A DNA stretch of 63,406 nt, counting the filler, from Choristocarpus tenellus KU-1152 (Eukaryota; Protista; Phaeophyceae), in assembly GCA_964200185.2 (NCBI GenBank). It is 15 parts of 15 records of this genome, joined end to end, with 100 filler letters (N's around TTAATTAATTAA, not from the genome) between each part and the next. Parts side by side here need not be neighbours in the genome. Positions count along the whole stretch, not along the records: positions 1 to 3,567 come from CAXNAD020019217.1; positions 3,668 to 8,103 come from CAXNAD020014559.1; positions 8,204 to 10,717 come from CAXNAD020027172.1; positions 10,818 to 14,520 come from CAXNAD020018420.1; 11 more parts are not named here. The stretch is one strand, 5' to 3'. The position numbers were made by a program, and so were the translations under genes. The notes beneath the pieces were generated by a model, which was not told where the DNA came from, searched no databases, and was given only the letters and a program-made list of their open reading frames with translations. Position 1 is the first letter of the stretch, and every line of letters begins with the position of its first letter. Below, piece by piece: positions 1 to 11,517 of the stretch.

Positions 1-275
1 ACTGCTGTAGCTGATACTAAATGGGGTTCATGACACAGCAAACAATCTGACTGCTGTAGCTGATACTAAATGGGGTTCATGACACAGCAAACAATCTGAC
101 TGCTGTAGCTGATAATAAATGGGGTTCATGACACAGCAAACAATCTGACTGCTGTAGCTGATACTAAATGGGGTTCATGACACAGCAAACAATCTGACTG
201 CTGTAACTGATACTAAATGGGGTTCATGACACAGCAAACAATCTGACTGCTGTAACTGATACTAAATGGGGTTCC
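1..275. repeat. 49-bp tandem minisatellite, ~5.6 copies (may extend beyond the window start)
   Basis: Unit actgctgtagctgatactaaatggggttcatgacacagcaaacaatctg starts at 1, 50, 99, 148, 197 and 246; copies near-identical with no spacers. Confidence 0.95.
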
Positions 276-1192
276 CTGCCTGTTCGATGCCATCTAAAGG
301 ACTGCCCTTTAACTTGTGTGTAAAACGTCTTGGTAAAGGACATGCATCTCTTGGTGGATGTACTAAGGGGAATATAAGGTAATATAAGGGGAATATGTGT
401 GAGAACAACGAGTTTTTATCTTGTATAAGGATTAGTGTATAAGGATTGTATAAGGATGAGTCAAGATGTTGTTTTGATAAAATTGACTATCCCTCTCAAA
501 ATGTAATAGCTGGACTGCTTTTATGAACCAAGTCGCAACTCTCTACATCTGTATCGTATATGCTGCATCTTGATGAAAGCACTTGTTTGTATATACTTTA
601 TTTTTGTGTAGAGTGGTTGCCATCATTGTGTAAGGATAGTTGTAAGACACACACACCCTCCAATAGATGTGAAGTGACAGTTGGATGAGGTTAATTTTGT
701 TGAAAATCGGTGGTGATTTATCCACACTCTTGCATTGCTTTTTTGGCTAACCATAAAATCGACATTTGTAACACAAATTATCTTTACTGAAGTACTTTTT
801 GAAGATTGGTTTGTTGAAATACTGAAGGCGTTAATTTAATTTCTATTGGCAATGTACTATTATTTTTTTTTCATTTCTGTTGTGATAGTAAAGTTGTTGG
901 GCAATGTAACCTGACCGGGAAAATAAAATTGAACATGAAAAAAATTAAATAATTCATAGTTTCATATTTTTCCTTTACGTCTGTGGTATCTTCGACATTT
1001 GGGCATATCATTGGATATATATATATATATGTAACAAAATATATACTAGTATATATATAGTATACTAGTAAAAACCTGCCGTAAGTCTGTGCCGCGTTGT
1101 CTGTAACTTTTGAAGATGATGAAATTTACAATCCTTGACGAATTCTGTTAGGGTTGACTCTTTTTGTTATTATTACTTCCATCCCTCACAAT

Positions 1193-2400
1193 TTAATCAG
1201 TTACATAAAAAACCTCCATGTCTACCTTCGGTGTGCTTTCAAACTCACCAGAAAACTGCCTCTTCCTTACCCCTCTGTGCTCCACACTGAAGTCATTCCC
1301 CCCTTTGTATCTAAATACTTGATTGTAAACCACAAAAAGGATATGCCAAGTCCTCTCAAGTGTGGTTTCATCATACTCCTCATACTGTTTCTTAATGACC
1401 TTCACCATCTTCTCAACGGACCCAAACCACTTCCCCATCACCCTGGCATTTCAAAGATCTGAAGAAACACAGGTCCATGATATTGAGGTCGGGGGAGTTA
1501 AATGGCTGTCACACAAGCCTAATCGACCTCTCCTCAATCTTCCCTGATCCTGACAAGATTTCTGAGTTACCCTTGCCTGTGTGGGGGTTGGTACCATCTT
1601 GATGAACAACAACGTGCTTCCCCTGCAACCAAGGCATCTTGATCTTGATTGCAGGCAGTAACTCCTCTGTGTACCACTTCCTGTACCACTTCCTGTACCA
1701 CAAATGGTCTAAAGTACGGTCCTGATCATACACATACCCTTTTTATGATTCTTGCTTGTCCTGTCTCCCTTTTTTGGTGCACACACACGCTAAACACCAA
1801 GTTTCCATCAAAGTTGTGAGTCAAATCTGGGCGGGCGTTGGCTGCAATGGTCTTGTGATATGATCGTGGTTTGGGGGATATGACTCTTGTGCTCCACATT
1901 AGGGAACCCTGGAAGGTTGCTATCATCCTCATGCGGAAGTACCCTAACCCTTTCCCCATCAGTCATCACATAAAACCAGATTTCACCCACATGGATCGTG
2001 TTCGCCATGGAGACATACACACCACGTTTCCGGTCCATTCACTTCATATCAAACAAAATTCATTCACTTCATATCAAACAAAGTCCATTCACTTCATATC
2101 AAACAAAGTCCATTCACTTCATATCAAACAAAGTCCATTCACTTCATATCAAACAAAGTCCATTCACTTCATATCAAACAAAGTTCATTCACTTCATATC
2201 AAACAAAGTCCATTCACTTCATATCAAACAAAGTCCATTCTCCATGCCTTTTGCCACGATTCAAGCTTGGCTTTGATTCAGCCACGATTCAGCATGGCCC
2301 CCACATCATCCAACCACCTGTTATATGGTGCTCGTGATACAATTCAGCCCCTTGGCAGCCTTCCTACATGGGGGGGGGGTTGATGGGGGGGTTGCCATGC
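1193..2400 (-). mobile_element. Degenerate Tc1/mariner transposase, plant/oomycete-type DD39D-like clade
   Basis: Minus-strand fragments in family order: HVGEIWFY (~HIDEKWFY), KSHIP..ARP..FDG, ELLPAIKIKMPW..VVHQDGTNPH, QPFNSPDLNIMDLCFFRSLK (1450-1508). About 40 aa between the 2nd and 3rd catalytic D. Multiple stops and frameshifts. Confidence 0.85.
2033..2240. repeat. 25-bp tandem repeat (~8 copies) inside the mariner transposase relic
   Basis: Unit gtccattcacttcatatcaaacaaa repeated head to tail. Confidence 0.95.
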
Positions 2401-3567
2401 CGACATTCTGACCCTTGACATGCCTAGTTCTGGGCTCAAAATCACCCCAAAAGACACCTACTTTGACAGCTTGAAGTACCTTGAGTTTGTACCTGATGAT
2501 CCTTGACCCCCACCTTTTCTGAAAGCTGAGATTGTCAACCCTATTTAGTTTTTTGTGATTGTCAACCCTATTTCATTGTGTGGGGTTATCGTCCGATTCG
2601 GTGCCGTTCTCGCTTGGCAAGCCAAGATGTTTTATGGCACAATCTTATGGCACAGAGTTAGTATCAATATGGCTGGTTTTATCTCTCTTTGTTTCACTGT
2701 GGACAGTTGTTGTTAGACAGTTGTTAGGTTCTTCGCAGTACTTGATTTTACAACTACTGGTTCCAGTACCATTGTACCACCACTATGTTGTACAATACTG
2801 GTTCTGGTACTACTATACCACTGGGTTTGTTGTGTTACCTATCACTATATGAATACTATGATCTACAATTACTGGTTCTGGTGCAAATTGACCACTACAT
2901 TGATATTTACATTATGATCTACAGGTACTGGTTCTGTGACCACTGTGCTGCTACTGTATTAATAGTACAAGTATTTTATAGTGCAAATACAATGGAAGTG
3001 CAGCATATCATATTGTTCAATATTGGCATTGGTACTGTTGTTGGTATTATTTTTGTTATTGGCATTAGGGTTAGGGTTTTGCAGTGAGAGTCATTAATAA
3101 TTCACATAACATGAAAAGCATTTATGCTGTTAATAGTATTGAGATTGGACGGTGTTGTGATGTTGTAACCTATTGCCTGAACGAGACTAACTTTCTTATT
3201 CATGTTCTTCATGTTCTTCATGTTCTTCATCACTGCATAGCATACTGTACTACTGTTAGCAATACCATTTGACCGTTCATGACACCCACAAGTCATGAAC
3301 GGTCTCACTTCTCACTTCTCACTTCTCTCACCTATTGCTTGTTACTAGAGGTTGGCATTCTTAGTAACAAAAGTTATATATTTTTTATTTCAACATTGGT
3401 GCAGGGGTGCCATAAATCGTACTACTATTACTACACATGAGGTGCCGCAAATGTTTTTTTCTTTTTTTGGTGGGTGGGGGGGGGGGGGGGGGTTTTGATT
3501 TTTTTTTTTTTTTGTTTTTTTCACTTTTGCATACCCTTTTTGTTGAGTTCAGGTAGGATAGGAAAGA

Positions 3568-3667
3568 NNNNNNNNNNNNNNNNNNNNNNNNNNNNNNNNN
3601 NNNNNNNNNNNTTAATTAATTAANNNNNNNNNNNNNNNNNNNNNNNNNNNNNNNNNNNNNNNNNNNN
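3568..3667. other. Artificial contig linker N44-TTAATTAATTAA-N44; also at 8104, 10718, 14521, 18479, 21138, 23867, 27775, 35998, 40497, 44500, 48135, 52309, 58522
   Basis: An identical 100-nt construct with six-frame stop codons occurs 14 times. Confidence 0.98.
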
Positions 3668-4179
3668 CCCCCCGGTGAATCGTTGATGAGAGACTAAACC
3701 AGTCCCCTGAACAAACATGTCTGCCACCTTGCGGATGGATAGGTCTCATCCCTCCCCTTTCACACTGTCTTGTGACTCTTCGTGGGATTGCCTCTGTTGC
3801 AGCAAAAACGTAAGCACAATAGGGACTTTGATCTCTGTCAGAGCATTGCATCAAACTTCTACCACCCCCCTCGAAACACTACACAGGCACCCTCTGAATC
3901 AACAAACATAGACACAAGACACATCCATGCAACCAATGTCTCCCATAAACTTCTTCAGTTCTCTCTGCATGCTGCCCGCATCCATCGCATCGCTCAAAAA
4001 CCGCCTGCCAGGGATCTTCAACCAAAGATACGACAGCAAGTTCTACCAAGGCACATGTGACCGGCATGTGTATCACAGGGGAGAGAGGGGGTTCAACACA
4101 CACCCCCTCACCGCACGCCTCGCAATGTTTATTGTTCATTGTCAGCAACAAGCATTGGCCAATCAGGTGCTTTCGCTTA

Positions 4180-5912
4180 TTAATCTTCTTCCTTGGGGAG
4201 GAGACCGATCTCCATCTTCACCTCCTCTGGCAGCCAAGGCACAAAGAACCATCCAACTGTACGTTTTTGGGGTGGGGGGCATTCAGTATTGCTTCAAAAT
4301 AAAATCTTTAGCAAGTATAAAAATAGAAGCCAATTATGCGGTGGATGGTCCACTAATCAGGTAATTTACTCATTTCTGCTCGTTATGTAAGAAATTTGCA
4401 GTCATGAGGGCGGTTTGATCTTACACCATTTACTGTCAACATTACAATCAATTCAAATCCATGGTCACACCCTTGCGCCGACCAAACCAAACCATATTTA
4501 AAACACTGGTCCTTAAAACATTGCATAAAATTTCAGCAAAGCATGATACATGCACCCACTAATCCTACCGTCAATCTGATAAATTCAAGTAGTTAAGCAC
4601 TAACAAATATACTAGCCCCCCCCCCCTTCTGCAATGCCCGTGATCACCTGCCAAGTACACTACCACTCAGAATCTAGAGGAAAAACTTAGTCACAAATTT
4701 GTGCTGCAAAAACCCAACAATAACTGCTTCGGATCTGACATATAAATCACTGTTGTGTAAATATCACGAGACAAATCTCCTCAACAACAGATTTCCTTTT
4801 GGAATGTACACCCTCTACTACCCATCTGTCGCTGCATCACAAAAACAGGAAACCTTAGAAATTTAAAAATCAATGCAGCAAGGCTTTTTTAGATCAATCT
4901 ATCAGCAGTAGAATCAAGTACAAATACAAAATGTGTTACCAAGTTAAAGTATGTGATGAGACTGGGAAACAAGTGGCGTTGGCCAAAAATTGACCAAAGT
5001 GGAATGACAGGAACAACGTCAATAGGTTGAAGAAGCGCATTCGACCGATGAGTACCTATATACACTAACTCCACATATTTTATTGATTCGGCAAGGTTGC
5101 AACACAACCCTAAGTGTTGGTATTAAAAAAAAATCGGCATTTCTTGTGTGTCCAATACAACAGTCCTGTGAGCATAGGAACCCATTTTTAAAATCTGTAC
5201 CTACACATCGAGAGGCATAATGTCGCATGACCCCGCAGTTCCCACAGATACAGGTAGAGATGCACAATAAGGTTCGCAAGGAATGGACAACAGAATAACA
5301 TCACGTTTCACCCTGACACTCAATCGCGCCGAAAACTAATTCGTTGCGGCAGCAATTCCAAGAAACACCTCTTTACTGGTGGATACTAATAATATTTGTA
5401 GGGAGTAGGCGTCTGGCTCGTGGGGAACGGAGCCTTGACACTTCTGTTTGTTTTTGCTTACATACAAGGGGTAAGAATGATACAGACAACAGTCAAATTA
5501 ATCACATTTGATTCATAACAAGACGCCCAAGACGAGACTATAAGCGTTAAATTTAACCATCTTCCCAAAGGGATTGCGGGGAAGTAATATTTGATGGTAT
5601 CGCTGGCGTCCAAGTTCCTCCAAGGTGATGCAGGGCGCTATTCTAGAGGAGAACGTCTCCTATCTTTTGTTAGTACGAATTAAGCAAGCAGGAAAGATCC
5701 ACCCCTCCCGTAACGACGGCCAAAAAATCCGTAAACTTATCTGCAGGAACAGAGGTATAACAAACACTATTTGCACAATTAATACACTCACAAACAAGGC
5801 CTCCAGGAACTGCCCACGGTGCCAACCTCTTGCTCTCCATTCCAAATCGAGTTGCCCGAGAAACAATAAGGTTCTTCGACGCCAGATTTGCCAGCAGCAT
5901 CGGAACCTTCAT
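4180..5912 (-). CDS. 65-aa single-TM microprotein, likely cytochrome bc1 subunit 10 (QCR10/UQCR11-like); exons 5912-5792 and 4256-4180
   Basis: gtgagt donor and cag acceptor, phase-compatible. Gives MKVPMLLANLASKNLIVSRATRFGMESKRLAPWAVPGGLVFGWFFVPWLPEEVKMEIGLLPKEED*, with a basic N-terminus and a W..P..G..W..P TM segment. Product name is inference. Confidence 0.6.
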
Positions 5913-6099
5913 CTTTGTTTCAGTAGGGTCAGCTAACTCCTCTTTCCCTACGACAAACTCCTTTCGCTTTCTCCTTCAGTTGTGAGTGTGGTTGGTACCT
6001 ATTACATCAAATGTTAAACACGCCTCGATATGCAATATAACTCCGTTCAATCTGCTACAATTCCATAAACTCCTCAAATTGAAGCACATTTGATTCTCC

Positions 6100-6741
6100 A
6101 TGGGGGGTTATTTCAGCTCCCCGCGGACAGAGAAGGTGTCCGAAGAGGGGAGCAATGAGAATCTCACGTATGCTGCCAGTGGCATGCAGGTGCAGCGCGA
6201 TATATATATATTTGCGGTCTTGTGTTTTCCGTTTGCCTTTATTTGTCTAGCATGGACTAATACACCATAGGAGTGCTCGTTCTACGAATGGAAGGATATT
6301 CCAGGAAGACCAAGTTCGAATTTCCAATGTAACGGACGTTGAGGGGGGGCCTTTCACCCCTTTGCCACTCGCAGCTCCCTGAAATTGAGTCCCATGTTGA
6401 ACTTGTCGCCTGATCACCAACGCCTCCATAGGGGTGGCGCTCCAGCATGGAGGACTCTCACGTGGCAGTGCTCAAGGTCGATGCTCCTGTATTCAATGAA
6501 TCAGTGGCAAGAGTCACTTGTTCATTGATAGAGGGGGAAGCTGAACCTATTGGTAGTGGTGATAAGAAAGGAACAGCAGCGACCTGCAATTCCTCCGGAG
6601 AATGCCCTAATGACATGGAGTATGGAGTTTGCACCATGGACCAGGAAGATGCAGACTTGCTCAAGGATGCCGCTGTATTTGCTGTCTTTGATGGGCATGG
6701 AGGAAAGACTGTTGCCGATTTCTGCTCCGATAGACTTATAG
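6100..6741 (+). CDS. PP2C/PPM Ser/Thr phosphatase (PTC2/3-like), 5' part; exons 6100-6189 and 6432-6741; remaining exons not identified in this contig
   Basis: MGGYFSSPRTEK..YAASGMQ|GWRSSMEDSH..FAVFDGHGGKTVADFCS carries the canonical MQGWR-MED and DGHGG motifs and an N-terminal MG myristoylation-type start. Confidence 0.93.
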
Positions 6742-8242
6742 GTAAGGCTTGGGTTCCGTCCTTTCACAATTGCGCTGCAGTCTTCAAAGAATTGTTAAGG
6801 TGGCTAGCTATGCACATGGGTAATTACATGGGTTATCAATGGTTTCTCTTTATTATTTGTGCCCTACGCCATTACCCTTAACGTCATTTAAGTCTGGCCA
6901 CCTTGTAGAGTGGAATATCGACTGCTCTTTCCTTTATCTTACACCTGCCAAGCAGAAACTCTCTTGTTTGTTTTGCGCGAGAAAGGTACGAGTGTGCGAG
7001 TGGAACCATTTCGTTAATCAAGCAATGCGCACTAGTCATCGGTTGCTCTTGCACAGCAGAAGAAATGCTGTTAGATTACCGACCACATGTAGTTGGGATG
7101 GGATGGGTGGCGACAAAACATTGGGGTAGTAATCTTCTTGTATGTATTATTCCTTGAGTATATACCTATACCATTGCAGAAGCCGAAGTGTACGCTGTGT
7201 TGGGCTTGTTCCCCCTCCTCTCCGAAATTCAAGCCTCCTTTAAGTGTGGGTTATATACGCTTGCTCTGAGTGATTATCAGTGGTGCTACATCTTTGATAC
7301 CATGAGTGCAAGGCCACCTGAATGAGCCTGAACAATTTCCCCCCTCAGTTCGGCAGCAAGAAACACTCACCTTTACTCAGGTACTTGGGCTTAGAAAACC
7401 GGTCTGTCCTTCTTGCGAAGTGAGACTCGGATATTTTGTAGTCATACCATTGTCAATTGCTGTTGTGCTTTTCTCCAACACATCCGAGGGAAGGCACAGG
7501 TGTGAACAGCCAATAATACTTCCTCCACTTCAAAATCAAAATGATATTGACATTATTCTTGTCTTGCGAGAAAGAATCGAGAGCAATATTGCTCTACTCT
7601 GCCTTTGAGAGGTATTGACTAGTTACCTCTAGGGATAACACATTTTTGCTCTTCCCCAAGTGTTGCCATAAGGATACTTATTTATCATACCATGTGCCCA
7701 ATGTTTCCTCATTTCAGCATGGTCCCACCAATTGGAATTCTCAGGACAGTAAGTAAGAAAGCCTGCAAGGTGTAGGTGATGACGCCAGGTTTCTTTTCGT
7801 CGCACAGAGAGCGAACCCCAATCCCTACCTCATAAAGAGAGAGGAGCCCTAACCCTAGCCTCTTCTTCAGCAGCATTTAACTGCTGTTTTTGATTTTGAC
7901 ACAATGTCACCTCGTGGAGCCGCCCGCGCCAGGGTTGGTGCACCCACTCCCCTGTGATCTCAGCCTCAATCGCTTGCTCTCGTCAGGAACAAGGGGCTTG
8001 CCGGGGGGGGGGGGGGGGGGGGGGGGAAAGGGCCCCCCAACCGTTTCCCCCCCTTTTTTCTTTTAAGTGTGGGAGGGGGTACCAAGAGGGGAGGACACCA
8101 CCCNNNNNNNNNNNNNNNNNNNNNNNNNNNNNNNNNNNNNNNNNNNNTTAATTAATTAANNNNNNNNNNNNNNNNNNNNNNNNNNNNNNNNNNNNNNNNN
8201 NNNCGGGGGGTTGGGGGGGGGGGGGGTTCGGGGGTCTCCTCC

Positions 8243-8283
<41 letters not shown>

Positions 8284-8713
8284 AGAGCACTTATTTAGAC
8301 TATTGCAACAAATAACACAAAGAAGCAAAAAAATATGGAGTAAAAAGACATACATCCTGATTCCAACAATTAAAATTTGTCACAAAAATCACAGAAAAGG
8401 AGATCTGGTCCTCTTTAATCAATATCCCTCAACATACAAATACACACAAAGTCCTGCCCAGAGTGCTACTCAATGAGGCACTAAATAAACCAGAAGACCT
8501 ACCAAGAGGACCGATGCAATCCCATGTTCAGAAGCACGGTGTGGGGAGTGACTGTAACTGGAAGATTAAAAAAAATAGCCCAGGCAGTTTTCAAAATGGC
8601 AACAAGGCTGAAGATTGTTCTAGGTGTGTGTGTGTGTGTGTAAATATTTTTCTCTTGGTGTACACTGCGATCTAGTAGACTACAGCAGGGATTGGCCCAG
8701 TCATGAAGTGAGC

Positions 8714-8756
<43 letters not shown>

Positions 8757-8813
8757 GAAGAGAAATGAAGTGAAGTGCATCAAGACCGTAGGCTTGCCCT
8801 CTTTGTAACGTAC

Positions 8814-10333
8814 CCGATTCTTGAGGTCCTCGTTCTCGTGCCTCATCTCCTCATTGTCAAACTGCAGGCTCTCCATCTGACAGTAGACACAACACACACA
8901 CACACAATACAAAAAAGGGTAACACAAAAAGACACAAAGAGGTATCATAAGTACAAGCGGAATGTAATCGTACTTTCAAAGGTAAATATACTTGAAGGAA
9001 TCATTTCAGTGCAAAAAAATACAAAATTTATAGAGATTTTCCCTATAACCCTAAACCAGTCAAACCTTGCAACTCCCTCATGTGGAATAAAATCATAAAT
9101 AGTAAAAAGTACTGGGACTCTTGCTCAGTTGGTGAGGTTTGCATGGTGGCAGGGGTTAGTAGGGAATTACCTGATCCAACTCCAACTGCAAACACGACAA
9201 CAGCAACTGTTTCTATTTATTTTTTATTTCAAGTGAACAAACGATTCACCCCATCGCCAGCCGATCCCCAAAAAAATCCACTCCAAGAGAATAACACACA
9301 TTGCTTGCACTGCACACCTCTGATACAACACAGCACAGTCTCTAATCGATGTCATACAGAGCACAGGAGTTGAGAACCTTAAAAAAAAATATTCTCACGC
9401 AGAAAAAAACAAAAATCACCAATAAAAAGAAGAAAAAAGAGTATATATACTGAAATAGTGTTGCAGTACAAATATTTGCCTCACAGACAGACAATATGCT
9501 CCCGCTCCAAATCTATACGCTGGACACATCACGCCTCTACACACACACACATATATAACACCCCCCCCCTTCTACAACACACTAATAAAATAATATTTGA
9601 AACGCACAGTGTGTTAAAAAAAAAACGTCCATCCCGTGCTCCAGGTAACGGTGCCCAATCCATACTACCAGAGTAGCTACAGAGCTCTGTAGCGCTCAGA
9701 GCTGCACGCAGCACTGCACTACACAGCACAGCTAGCAATACATATACTTACATCAGTGACACTCTTCATTGCCTCTTCCCCTTACATCAGACATGCACAA
9801 AAAAAAAGATGAAGAGACACTCGGTGTGTTACTAGGTTTATCATTCTACATGCCCATTTTGAGAAATAAAAAATAAGTGTGACTGGAATCGATGTGGTTG
9901 CCAATTCATCACACTCAACGAAGTCTAGACTTTCAATCTCATGCGAAGCCTTTCGGAATGTTTTGATCATTGTCTCTTAAGGGCCTGTACCGCTACCACT
10001 TCCTCTTTTACACTTTACGTAACTCTCAGAGATGCAGTGTAACCTGGACCCTTCCGATTAACATATTCATATATATATATATATATATGCATACAAATAA
10101 ATATCTATCTAATCAAAAGTATCAAATATTGCAATACCTATGATGTAATATCAATATATACTCAACCACTGAACTTTGGTATTTCAACTGAGAATGTTCC
10201 TACCCCGCCCGCCCCTTTCAATACACACCTTCTTGAGGAGTTGCATACTGACAGAGGCATTGTCCTTGTGTGCCCGACGCATCTCCTCCATATCTTCTGC
10301 TTGCTCTGCTGCTTGACGCTTAAGGAGTCGAAT
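8814..10333 (-). CDS. Coiled-coil protein, internal exons 10333-10229 and 8876-8814
   Basis: Both exons are AG/GT-flanked, phase 0 and open: IRLLKRQAAEQAEDMEEMRRAHKDNASVSMQLLKK | MESLQFDNEEMRHENEDLKNR. Confidence 0.65.
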
Positions 10334-10601
10334 CTGACAAACACATGGGAGAAGAGAGAGAGAGAGAGAGAGGTCATTTCAAAAACAAAAACCTGGTTAT
10401 ACACGCACTAATGTGCACAAAATTATACCATAAATTCACTTCTTCATGCGGAGAGGGGTTTTTTTTTCCTGAAGTCCTAACAATTCACTCAACTACAAAA
10501 AAATTGTTTGTGCTTATTATAACACTTGGATGTAAACGTGATAGACTCAAAAGGCTCAAGAGTCTCTCCCACCTCTGGTCAACCCATGCAGAAGCACACC
10601 A

Positions 10602-10662
<61 letters not shown>

Positions 10663-11066
10663 CCCCCACCCTTTTTTTTTTTGATTTATTTTTTTTTTTC
10701 TGCCCTCCTACCCCCCCNNNNNNNNNNNNNNNNNNNNNNNNNNNNNNNNNNNNNNNNNNNNTTAATTAATTAANNNNNNNNNNNNNNNNNNNNNNNNNNN
10801 NNNNNNNNNNNNNNNNNCCCCCCCCCCCCCCCCTCCGTCTTGTGTGGCCCCCCCCCCCCCCCCCACAGATATTTGGGGTCAATAATGAGGATATCCTCTG
10901 CCAGACCTCATACTCAACTCAAGCAAAGCTCCACAATTATAGTCACATGTGTTTTGTGACTGCGGTTATTTTGCTCGGCAAGGTGCAGGTGTTTTTCGCA
11001 TACGAATATTCTTTAAAATGTCAACAAGTGTTTGGTTTAGTCCTCCACACATCTGTAACATTGGTT

Positions 11067-11324
11067 GAGTAAAAGTATCTTAGAGAGTACGAGTTTTTCC
11101 CTGTTTGTCCATTTAGGGCTTTGTTTCCCACGGGTTTCAATGACACTTTACCTACTCCAAAATGTTTCGGAGTTGGTAAAAATGTTTACGTTATGAAAAG
11201 GAGTGTCCAGAACACGGATATTGACATCTCTAAACAAACGTGATAGCCAAAATTACATCAAAATTGCAACATTGGATTTGACCCCCAAATGGACACGGCA
11301 CTACCCTCTAAGATACTTTGACTC
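11067..11324 (+). mobile_element. MITE family A (258 bp), copy 1
   Basis: TIR GAGTAAAAGTATCTTAGAGAGTA...TACCCTCTAAGATACTTTGACTC; internal sequence matches the copies at 19156, 40597, 41335 and 52548. Confidence 0.92.
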
Positions 11325-11372
11325 GTTGGGATCTTCTGCAAGTAAACCCCGCTTTTGAACTGAGGTGCCGAA

Positions 11373-11517
11373 GGCTCAAAGTATCTTAGGAGGGGGGGGC
11401 GACGATCCATTTGTGCCTATATTTACATGTCGTGTTTTTTGGGTAATTTGGTTGCATGAGTCAGATGGTTAAGGTAACTGCACTTCTCCTCGTGAGCCCC
11501 CCCAGATACGTTGAGCC
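11373..11517. mobile_element. MITE family B (145 bp) with 4-bp TSD CGAA
   Basis: CGAA|GGCTCAAAGTATCT...CCCAGATACGTTGAGCC|CGAA; shares the AAAGTATCT terminal core with family A. Confidence 0.8.

Noticed and set aside
1-275. Possible CRISPR array
   Set aside because: Pure head-to-tail 49-bp repeats with no unique spacers, no cas genes, and a eukaryotic context.
3612-3623. Recurrent TTAATTAATTAA palindrome and ORFs ending in X..LIN
   Set aside because: Artificial six-frame-stop linker, not biological sequence.
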